Shown: positions 7,836-15,248 of the stretch, in pieces
Layout: each line of letters begins with the position of its first letter
Position numbering within the stretch: position 1 is the stretch's first letter
Source: Eubacteriales bacterium
GTDB taxonomy: Bacteria; Bacillota; Clostridia; Oscillospirales; CAG-382
DNA length: 24,000 nt
Assembly (NCBI GenBank): GCA_045596755.1
Contig: JAZOCZ010000132.1
Coordinates: forward strand, 1-24,000
Reading direction: 5' to 3'
The notes under the pieces: generated by a model
What the model was told of the DNA's origin: nothing
Seen by the model: only the letters and a program-made list of their open reading frames with translations
Databases searched by the model: none
Made by a program: the position numbers and the translations under genes

Positions 7836-8812
7836 TGTTTAAAAGAATTTTATGTGCATCTCTTGCGGGATGCACGTTGCTTCTCGCTTCGTGTACCCGT
7901 ATACTTCTTCCAAATGAAAGTGAAGAGGATTTTTCTGGCGGTATAATCTATTATTCCGAAGAAGCATCGAATCAATCCAAGGGTGAGGTAAGTAAGGAAG
8001 AGCCTTCCTCCGCTTCTGAAATGCCTTCGGAAGATGAGAGTAAGGACGTGAGTATTGAAGTGCCCGTTGACCCTGAATTGAAAATACCTACAACGGTTAC
8101 CGCAGAAAGCTCAGATATGTTTTTCGACGGAAGCGTTTTTGTTGGAAATTCCATAATGCTTAAATACAAAAATTTTGTCAATAAATACCGTGCTTCATCC
8201 GTTCCGAATTTCCTTGGAACTGCTGAATTTTTCTGCGGTGGTTCTTTCGGCGTTTATCATAATAACCACACGCCTGCTGATAAGGAGGGCTCGGTAAACC
8301 CTTCATATAAGGGCGTTAAATACAGCGTTCAGGATATGGTTGGGGTTGCAAATCCCAAACGAGTTTTCCTTAACCTTGCAGGTCTTAACGATATGGGTAT
8401 ATATTCAAGTGCTTCAACTTGTGCAGAGGAAACAGCGAAGGAGATGATTAAACTTATAAATGATATAAGAACGTCATATCCGAATGTGGAAGTTGTAGTT
8501 TTGAGTACAACGTACATGATAAAAAACTATAACAGTATGCCCAAACTTAACAATGAGAATTTGAGCATAATGAACAATCTCGTTCTTGATTATTGCAACT
8601 CAAACGGTATTGACTACGTTGATATTTCAACGCTACTTACCGAAAACGGCTGTCTTGCGGATAAATACTGTTCTGACCCAACCTCTGGCGGATGTCACCT
8701 TAACGATAGCGGCTGCCTTGTCTGGACGGGGCTTCTCCGTTATTATGCAGAACAGAAACTTGCGGGAAAATATAAGAACCCCCAAAGTATGCCTACTCTT
8801 TCCAAGGGTTGA
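7832..8812 (+). CDS. Lipoprotein, SGNH/GDSL-type hydrolase paralog 2
   Basis: ATGA start/stop overlap with paralog 1. Signal plus lipobox (LLLASC) and an acidic Ser/Glu linker. SGNH blocks: FVGNS (Ser 8150-8152), GG/G block, AGLND, GGCHLND (His 8696-8698). Confidence 0.8.
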   Translation: MMFKRILCASLAGCTLLLASCTRILLPNESEEDFSGGIIYYSEEASNQSKGEVSKEEPSSASEMPSEDESKDVSIEVPVDPELKIPTTVTAESSDMFFDGSVFVGNSIMLKYKNFVNKYRASSVPNFLGTAEFFCGGSFGVYHNNHTPADKEGSVNPSYKGVKYSVQDMVGVANPKRVFLNLAGLNDMGIYSSASTCAEETAKEMIKLINDIRTSYPNVEVVVLSTTYMIKNYNSMPKLNNENLSIMNNLVLDYCNSNGIDYVDISTLLTENGCLADKYCSDPTSGGCHLNDSGCLVWTGLLRYYAEQKLAGKYKNPQSMPTLSKG

Positions 8813-8825
8813 TATCGGAGAAAAT

Positions 8826-9917
8826 ATGAAAAAAAGAATTTTAGCATTGGTTTTGCTTCTTTCTTTGTCATTGTCCGCCTGCGTCGAAGATGAGATGAGC
8901 AAGGAAGAATCAAAGGGAGAAATTTCCACTGTGGTTTCGGAAGAAAACAGCAGTTTTATAAATAATTCTGAAGAAGAAAATATTTTTGAAGAATCGGAGT
9001 TTCTTTCAGAAGAAAGTGTGATATCAGAAGGGTCTTGCATATCAGAGGAAGCGATTTCAGAAGAAATTTCCGAAATGTTTTCAGAAGAATCGTCGGAAGC
9101 AGTATCGGAATATGTTTCGGAAGAATCCTCTGTAGAAGAATCTTCCGTTCCCGATTCAAGTTACGAAATAATGGACACACCTATAATTCCTGTTCCCGAT
9201 AAGGTTGAGTCAGCAGAGGAGGACGCATTCTTCAATGACAGCGTTTTTGTTGGCAACTCTATAATGCTTGGATATCAGAAATTCGCAAATAAGCAACGTG
9301 CGGGAAATATTCCCGATTTTCTGGGGAATTCAAAGTTTTTTGTCGCGGGAAGTTTTGGGGTGTATCATAACAATAGAACTCCTGCATCAAAAGAAAATTC
9401 TTGCAATCCATCTTATGAAGGCGTTAAGTACAGCGTTGAAGATGCCGTTGGCGTTATGAATGCGAAAACGGTATATATAAATTTCATGGGACTTAACGAT
9501 TTATCTCTTTATTACGATTCTGAAAATTGTTCCCGTAAATGTGCAGATGACGTTATTAAGCTGATAAGAAAGATAAATGATAGATATCCCGATGTTAACG
9601 TTGTTATTTTAAGCGCAACATATCTTACGGCTTCAAGAAATAACCGTCCAAGTCTTAACAACAAAAATCTGAGTATGCTTAACAATTATCTCCTTGAATA
9701 CTGCAACGAAAATGGACTTGATTTTGTTGATATAGCATCTCAGCTCACAGAAAAAGGCTGTCTTGCGGATAAATACGCATCCGATGGATATTGCCATATC
9801 TGGACGGATGGATATAAAGTATGGACGGCAATTTTGCGTGATTATGCTGTTCGTAAAATGAATGGAACCTATACAAATCCCGAAAGAATGCCACTTTTAG
9901 GTATAAATAAAAACTGA
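8826..9917 (+). CDS. Lipoprotein, SGNH/GDSL-type hydrolase paralog 3 with long SEE-rich linker
   Basis: Start at ATG 8826 (MKKRILALVLLLSLSLSAC), which follows GGAG. The track ORF start at 8586 overlaps paralog 2 and is rejected. About 90 aa of acidic (S/E)-rich low complexity. SGNH blocks: FVGNS (Ser 9258-9260), MGLND, DGYCHIW (His 9795-9797). Confidence 0.8.
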   Translation: MKKRILALVLLLSLSLSACVEDEMSKEESKGEISTVVSEENSSFINNSEEENIFEESEFLSEESVISEGSCISEEAISEEISEMFSEESSEAVSEYVSEESSVEESSVPDSSYEIMDTPIIPVPDKVESAEEDAFFNDSVFVGNSIMLGYQKFANKQRAGNIPDFLGNSKFFVAGSFGVYHNNRTPASKENSCNPSYEGVKYSVEDAVGVMNAKTVYINFMGLNDLSLYYDSENCSRKCADDVIKLIRKINDRYPDVNVVILSATYLTASRNNRPSLNNKNLSMLNNYLLEYCNENGLDFVDIASQLTEKGCLADKYASDGYCHIWTDGYKVWTAILRDYAVRKMNGTYTNPERMPLLGINKN

Positions 9918-9925
9918 AAGGAAAA

Positions 9926-10450
9926 ATGAAAATGAAAAAATTAGCATTGGCTTTGATAATTTTGGCACTTACCGTATCTATGACAGCTTGCGGAGAAGAT
10001 AAAACAAGTTCTGATGTATCCACAGAGGTTTCACAGGCAACTCCTATAAACGCAGAACAGTTCAAAGAGAAAATTCTTGAAAAGATAGCATTTGAAGGCG
10101 AGATGATCGATTGCACAAAACTTGTGGATTATCCCCTTGATACATTCGGCATACCTACTGATTCTTATTCATCATACGTTTACGTTGAAGTTTCCGACAC
10201 AACGGAATCATACGAAACCGTTGGCGTTTTTGCCGCAACTTCTGCTGAAAACGCAACCCTTATCAAAGAAAAACTTGATTCCTATATAAATAGCCTTAAA
10301 GCGCAGTTTGGTAACTACAACGCAACCATTAACGATATGGTAAGTAAATCCGTTGTAAAAGCAAAAGGAGATAAGGTTTATCTTATCATTTCTCCCAACG
10401 TTTCAAAGATTGAAACAGTGGTAACGGCAAATATTTCTGCATTTAACTGA
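9926..10450 (+). CDS. Lipoprotein, DUF4358-like
   Basis: Signal plus lipobox (LTVSMTAC). The body pattern (..TVGVFAATSAENATLIKEKLDSYINSLKAQF..VVKAKGDKVYLIIS) matches my memory of the clostridial DUF4358 lipoprotein family. ATG 9932 has better SD spacing (AAAGGA, 9 nt) than ATG 9926 (3 nt). Confidence 0.65.
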   Translation: MKMKKLALALIILALTVSMTACGEDKTSSDVSTEVSQATPINAEQFKEKILEKIAFEGEMIDCTKLVDYPLDTFGIPTDSYSSYVYVEVSDTTESYETVGVFAATSAENATLIKEKLDSYINSLKAQFGNYNATINDMVSKSVVKAKGDKVYLIISPNVSKIETVVTANISAFN

Positions 10451-10469
10451 TTTCGGACGGTGATTTAAT

Positions 10470-12044
10470 TTGAACGGACTTTCAAAAGTTGGAAAGATAC
10501 TTGGAGTTTTACTTCTGTTACCCACGGTTATTATGGCGGTTTATCTTGTGATGATTGCCAACAGTGAAATTGCTGTGGAGGACGTGGCGGCAGTATCCGT
10601 TTCCGATGAAAGATATAAGCATAGATACAGCAAAAAAGAAGATATTGAAAAATACGTTGATTTGATTCTTGATTCAACCGAAGACGGCACCTTACAAAAG
10701 ACGGATTTTGACAAAAAGCCCTATATAATCGAGTTTGAGATGAAAAACGGCGGTAAAAAGAGCTATCATTTCTATCCGTCCATTTGGGGCGAAAGCATGA
10801 TAGTTGACGGCTCTGGTCTTGTGCGCAGAGTTGAAGTACCTAACGAAATGTTGCTTCGCGCAGAATATGAGTCTGTGTATGCTTCCCGACATCTTCCAAA
10901 AGTAACGGTTTCTTTGAAAGAAGGGGAGAAGGCTATTCTTCCTAGCGTCTATGAGTGGAGCTTCAAGAAAACGGGAGAGGATTTCTTCAGATATACAGAA
11001 GGAGAGGTTTCTTCAAAAGATGAAATTATAAGCCTTTCTTCAGAAGCGTTGAAAAAAGAAGTTTTTAAGTTTTCAGAGAAACCTGATAACTACGTTTACG
11101 TTTACACAAAGGATGGAAATAATTATAGTAAACTTGAAAATATGGATCTTAAGGACGGTGATGAAATTACCGTTTCCGTTTCGGCACGTTGGGTGAAAAA
11201 CGAGGAAAAGATGTTCTTTGGAGAAGGGAAATGGAGTTTCCTCTGCGTATACAAAGAATCTCCCATAATAACCATTGAAAAAATGGACGTTCTTTCTGGC
11301 GGATTAGTTGTTCTCCATGTGGAAAATATAAGCGAGGGCGAAGCCTTGACGGTTGAAACAGAGCTTATTACGAACAAATCTCCTGTGGTTTATAAGGGTG
11401 AAAACGGTAAATTTGCCTTACTTCCCTTGGCTCTTGATAATATGGGCGGAGATTATGATGTTTGTATAAAGCACGGTGAGTATAGCTTCGATTTTAAAAT
11501 CGGAGTAACAGCCTCATCAAAGGGATTCACCATGAAAAACGTTGATGCTGAAACATATAATCAGGCGACAAGCCCTGCAGGAATCGCAGAATATGAAAGC
11601 TTCCTCAAAGCTTTGGCAGAAAAAAACAGTAACAGCTTTTTGTGGGAAGCTCCCATGTTGAACAAGCCTGTTGAGGGAGAAGTGGAAACGGCTTTCGGAA
11701 GCGAGGTTCTTTATAACGGAGTTCCTCCTCAGGTTTATTTTGAAGGAATGAGCTTCGGTGTCGAAGCAAAAACTTCTGTGAAATCTGCCGCAAAGGGTAA
11801 GGTAGTTTTTGCAGGAGAAACCTGGAAAACGGGAAAAGCTGTTGTTATTGACCATGGATGCGGAATAATGACGCATTATTATCATCTTTCAGTTCTTTCT
11901 GCCTTTGAGGGCGAAGAAGTTGAGGGAGGTAAGCTTATAGCACTTTCTGGTGAAACGGGCTTTACAGATAAAGCAGACCTTTATTTTGCGGTAAGCGTGA
12001 ATGGTGTGTTTGTAGACCCTGAAATGTTTTTTGCGGCAGCGTAA
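10470..12044 (+). CDS. Membrane-anchored protein with C-terminal degenerate LytM/M23-peptidase domain
   Basis: TTG start at 10470, with an in-frame stop just upstream. N-terminal TM anchor (ILGVLLLLPTVIMAVYLVMI). The C-terminal ~125 aa have the M23 fold signature (KGKVVFAGE..GKAVVIDHGCGIMTHYYHLS..GKLIALSGETG...VNGVFVDP). The HxxxD position reads FEGMS and the HxH position reads DLY. Confidence 0.75.
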   Translation: MNGLSKVGKILGVLLLLPTVIMAVYLVMIANSEIAVEDVAAVSVSDERYKHRYSKKEDIEKYVDLILDSTEDGTLQKTDFDKKPYIIEFEMKNGGKKSYHFYPSIWGESMIVDGSGLVRRVEVPNEMLLRAEYESVYASRHLPKVTVSLKEGEKAILPSVYEWSFKKTGEDFFRYTEGEVSSKDEIISLSSEALKKEVFKFSEKPDNYVYVYTKDGNNYSKLENMDLKDGDEITVSVSARWVKNEEKMFFGEGKWSFLCVYKESPIITIEKMDVLSGGLVVLHVENISEGEALTVETELITNKSPVVYKGENGKFALLPLALDNMGGDYDVCIKHGEYSFDFKIGVTASSKGFTMKNVDAETYNQATSPAGIAEYESFLKALAEKNSNSFLWEAPMLNKPVEGEVETAFGSEVLYNGVPPQVYFEGMSFGVEAKTSVKSAAKGKVVFAGETWKTGKAVVIDHGCGIMTHYYHLSVLSAFEGEEVEGGKLIALSGETGFTDKADLYFAVSVNGVFVDPEMFFAAA

Positions 12045-12168
12045 ATAATTTGCTTTGTAATTCATTCCTAATTGCGAGTGGAATAATTGTATATTTCCAT
12101 ATGTGGTTTTTGTAGCTTTTTGTGCGATTTTTCGCGATTAAGTGTTATAAATATTTAAGTTTTTGGGG

Positions 12169-12204
12169 TTCGGGGCGTTTTTTCAAAAACGCCCCGAATT
12201 TTTA
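12169..12204 (+). terminator. Rho-independent terminator of the envelope operon
   Basis: GC-rich stem TTCGGGGCGTTTT / AAAACGCCCCGAA followed by TTTTT. Confidence 0.8.
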
Positions 12205-12214
12205 ATAGAACAAA

Positions 12215-12262
12215 GGGATGTAAAAAGGTCTTGGCTTACTTTTTTACATCCCCTTGTTTTTC
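12215..12262. terminator. Second hairpin, possibly a bidirectional terminator (nrdR side)
   Basis: Perfect 12-bp stem GGGATGTAAAAA (12215-12226) / TTTTTACATCCC (12241-12252). T-rich sequence flanks it on both strands (cttgttttt on +; TTTGTTCTATT on -). Confidence 0.55.
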
Positions 12263-12396
12263 CATACCAAAATATAGTAGATTCATTTGACTTGAATTAA
12301 AATATAAGTATAATTGATTTATAGAAAAAAGATATCATATCATAAATGACGAGAAAATACCTTTTTCGTCTGAATCACTTTTTGGAACACTTATAC

Positions 12397-12852
12397 TTAT
12401 TTCCTTGGAGCAAGTCTTTCAAGTTCTCTCATGAAATCGGAAACATCTTCAAATTCACGGTAAACGGAAGCAAATCTTACGTATGCAACTTCGTCTAAAA
12501 CACGAAGTTCTTCCATAACAAGTTCGCCTATGTAGGTTGACGTAACCTCTCTTTGCAAGGAACTTCCGATTTCCTGCTCAATTTTTTTTGCGACGTTTTC
12601 CATCTGAATTCTTGTGACATGACGTTTCGCACATGCTCTGAGTATACTTGCAAAAACTTTGTTCTTGTCAAACTGTTCTCTTGACCCGTCTTTTTTTATA
12701 ACTGTAACGGGTGAGATTTCAAAGGATTCGTAGGTAGTGAATCTTTTTCCGCATTTTGGACAGAGTCTTCTGCGGCGAATAGTTGTGTTATCGGTGCCAG
12801 GGCGTGAATCTATTACTTTGCTTTCATCATAGGAACAAAACGGACATTTCAT
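12397..12852 (-). CDS. nrdR: Transcriptional repressor NrdR
   Basis: MKCPFCSYDESKVIDSRPG...RRRRLCPKCGKRFTTYE zinc ribbon, followed by an ATP-cone (VIKKDGSREQFDKNKV...). The whole sequence is a textbook NrdR. AGAGG RBS. Confidence 0.95.
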   Translation of the reverse strand: MKCPFCSYDESKVIDSRPGTDNTTIRRRRLCPKCGKRFTTYESFEISPVTVIKKDGSREQFDKNKVFASILRACAKRHVTRIQMENVAKKIEQEIGSSLQREVTSTYIGELVMEELRVLDEVAYVRFASVYREFEDVSDFMRELERLAPRK

Positions 12853-12908
12853 AAATACAACCTCTTTTTTTATTATTTAAACCGATTTTTATTACTGAAA
12901 GGAATAAC

Positions 12909-13154
12909 ATGAAAGCAAAATTGAAAAATCAGAAGTCTTTATATTACGTGACCCCTTGGTTTTTACATATAATCACCGCAGGAACATTGCTTGTTATAGG
13001 TATTTTATGTGCATATATCACGGTTTGCCTGAAAGATGGTTACTTATCACAAGGTGAGATATCTTTCGCATTTGAATGCTTTTTTATATGCGTTACCGAA
13101 CTTTTGTTTTTCAATCTTGCCTTTGACGTTATTTATAAATACGAAAACAAATAG
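12909..13154 (+). CDS. Hypothetical small membrane protein (doubtful)
   Basis: The 81-aa ORF has an AAGGA RBS and two hydrophobic segments. I recognise no family. It lies in the 300-bp gap upstream of nrdR and could be a chance ORF in AT-rich DNA. Confidence 0.3.
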   Translation: MKAKLKNQKSLYYVTPWFLHIITAGTLLVIGILCAYITVCLKDGYLSQGEISFAFECFFICVTELLFFNLAFDVIYKYENK

Positions 13155-13156
13155 TT

Positions 13157-13459
13157 TTAGTCTTTTTTGCCTGGGAAAAGTTTGTTAAGTCCAATGGTTG
13201 CAAGGGAGATAAGACCTAAAACGAGGAATATACCAAGCATTCCGAAAACCAATGTGGGAAGTGCATGGTCTGTGAAGGATTCAACGCTTCCTTTGGGCCA
13301 TCCCTTCGGCCCTTCCACGATTGCAGAGGATTCAAGAATTTCCTTGGATTCTTCGGAAACAACGGAATCCGTGCTTGCGGGGCCGATTGTTTCGATGTGT
13401 TCCATAGAATTCTCTACGGATATTTCTACGGAGTTTTCATTTTCCAATACGTATATCAT
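13157..13459 (-). CDS. OadG-like small membrane subunit (acidic N-terminus, C-terminal TM helix)
   Basis: Start placed at ATG 13459 (MIYVLENE), 8 nt after GGAGG and just after the stop of the upstream beta-subunit gene. The C-terminal helix LVFGMLGIFLVLGLISLATIGLNKLF resembles the OadG/decarboxylase gamma anchor helix. Confidence 0.55.
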   Translation of the reverse strand: MIYVLENENSVEISVENSMEHIETIGPASTDSVVSEESKEILESSAIVEGPKGWPKGSVESFTDHALPTLVFGMLGIFLVLGLISLATIGLNKLFPGKKD

Positions 13460-13472
13460 TTCACGTTCCTCC

Positions 13473-14612
13473 TTACATAAATTCAGCAAGCAAGCTCATC
13501 ATAAGACCGCCTGCCACAACGGATGCAATCTGACCTGCGGCGTTTGCGCCTGCGGCATGCATAAGCAGGAAGTTTGTGTTGTCTTCTTTAAGACCCATTT
13601 TATGAATAACACGGGAAGACATAGGAAATGCAGAAATGCCTGCTGCACCGATCATGGGGTTGATTTTCTTCTTGGAGAAAAGGTTGAGGAGCTTTGCAAA
13701 CATGATACCGCCAAAAGTGTCGAATACGAAAGCGGCAAGACCGAGAGCCATAATAAGAAGGGTATTGAACTGAAGGAAATCTTCCGCTTTGAGAGAGAAG
13801 GAAATGGAAATACCCAAAACTATTGTAACAATGTTTGCGAGTTCTTTCTGTGCTGTTTGTGAAAGGTTGTTGAGAACTCCGCATTCACGGATAAGGTTAC
13901 CGAGCATAAGGAAACCAACAAGCTCAACTGCACCTGGAGCGAAGATACCTGCAATAATTGTGATAACTACAGGGAAAAGAATACGTGTTGTTTTGGAAAC
14001 GGATGCACCGTTGTATTCCATACGGATAAGTCTTTCCTTGCGTGTTGTACAAAGTTTGATAACGAAAGGCTGGATGATACGAACGAGAGCCATGTAGGAA
14101 TAAGCCGCAACAACAATTGCACCCGTATAGTTAGAATTCAACTTGTTGGAAAGAGCTATGGATGTAGGACCGTCAGCGGAGCCGATGATACCAATTGCTG
14201 CCGCATCGTTAAGGTCGAAGAAGAAACTTGCTGCACAGAATGTAAAGAAAATACCGAACTGTGCTGCCGCACCGAAAAGGATAAGTTTCGGATTGGTAAG
14301 CAACGGACCGAAGTCCATCATCGCACCTATACCGATGAACAAAAGCAAGGGGAAAAGTTCATTGGAGATACCTGCGTTATAAAGAGTTGTTATAACACCG
14401 TGTTCGCCTGTGAGAGTCGCAAGGGGAATGTTAACGAGAATTGCGCCAAATCCCATGGGGAGCAAGAGGGCAGGTTCCATATCCTTTGCTATTGCAAGGT
14501 AGATAAGCACTGCACCTATAACCCACATAACAAGAATTTTCCATCCGCCTTCTTTTGCAAATTCCCCGAAGGAATTGAAAAGGGATAAAAAACTGTCTAA
14601 GAATTTTTCCAT
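13473..14612 (-). CDS. Sodium ion-translocating decarboxylase, beta subunit (OadB/GcdB/MmdB family)
   Basis: The 379-aa polytopic membrane protein shows the family pattern, e.g. LAIAKDMEPALLLPMGFGAILVNIP, GIGAMMDFGPLL, GAAAQFGIF, IIGSADGPTSI, GAAGISAFPMSSRV, AAGANAAGQI. Confidence 0.9.
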   Translation of the reverse strand: MEKFLDSFLSLFNSFGEFAKEGGWKILVMWVIGAVLIYLAIAKDMEPALLLPMGFGAILVNIPLATLTGEHGVITTLYNAGISNELFPLLLFIGIGAMMDFGPLLTNPKLILFGAAAQFGIFFTFCAASFFFDLNDAAAIGIIGSADGPTSIALSNKLNSNYTGAIVVAAYSYMALVRIIQPFVIKLCTTRKERLIRMEYNGASVSKTTRILFPVVITIIAGIFAPGAVELVGFLMLGNLIRECGVLNNLSQTAQKELANIVTIVLGISISFSLKAEDFLQFNTLLIMALGLAAFVFDTFGGIMFAKLLNLFSKKKINPMIGAAGISAFPMSSRVIHKMGLKEDNTNFLLMHAAGANAAGQIASVVAGGLMMSLLAEFM

Positions 14613-14665
14613 AATATTAGCGTATTTCTACGCCACCTCCTTTGTTATTTTTTTTAAACTAATAT

Positions 14666-14694
14666 ATTATAACAAGAAAAATTTGTAATTTCAA
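14666..14694 (-). promoter_or_regulatory. sigma-A type promoter for the decarboxylase beta gene
   Basis: On the minus strand: TTGAAA (14689-14694), 17 nt, TATAAT (14666-14671). Confidence 0.55.
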
Positions 14695-14816
14695 TAGATA
14701 ATTAAATATTTTTTGTGTATATTGAGTATCTTTTCGAAGTTTTTGGAAAAGATATATTTATCTAACTTATCATTTTAAAGAAAATATTACATCAAAAAAA
14801 CATGGGAGGATAACGT

Positions 14817-15248
14817 ATGAATGGTGATACTATAAAACTTATGAAAAACTGTAATAATGGATTCAGGACCGCGTCTTACTGTATGGCGCAGATTCTCCCT
14901 TTTGTAAAAGATCCCGTAATGAAACTTACAATAGAAAACAGTTGTTTGAGAAACAGGGAAATGGCTGAGGTTTGCTCATCCGCCCTTGAAGAGTGCGGGA
15001 AGAATGAAAAGGAAATTTTATCCTTGCCTTTTCTTATGGCGAGATTAAAAAATGACGTGAAGTTATGTCTTTCGTCAAGTCCAAGAACCGTTGCTTCCAT
15101 ATTGGCGGAAAACAGCGAAAATCTTATCGTTGATACACGTAAAGCATTAAAAAAATGTCCGAAAGCAGATAGAGAAAGCGTTGAATTGGCAAAATCATTC
15201 TTGAAATCAAGACGTGAACTTCTTGAAGATATGATAGAATATTTTTGA
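14817..15248 (+). CDS. Hypothetical protein (predicted all-helical, no family recognised)
   Basis: The 143-aa ORF has a strong GGGAGGA RBS 6 nt upstream of the ATG. Its composition looks coding. There is no signal peptide and no motif I can name. Confidence 0.6.
   Translation: MNGDTIKLMKNCNNGFRTASYCMAQILPFVKDPVMKLTIENSCLRNREMAEVCSSALEECGKNEKEILSLPFLMARLKNDVKLCLSSSPRTVASILAENSENLIVDTRKALKKCPKADRESVELAKSFLKSRRELLEDMIEYF

Noticed and set aside
8586-8825. Upstream extension of SGNH paralog 3 (track start 8586)
   Set aside because: The extension overlaps the 3' end of paralog 2 in another frame. The internal ATG at 8826 is preceded by GGAG and begins a textbook lipoprotein signal peptide.
13167-13862. 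231-aa + strand ORF, plus other + ORFs at 13789-14588
   Set aside because: They are antisense to the decarboxylase beta and OadG-like genes. Their composition is Cys/His/Arg-rich and non-protein-like with no start context.
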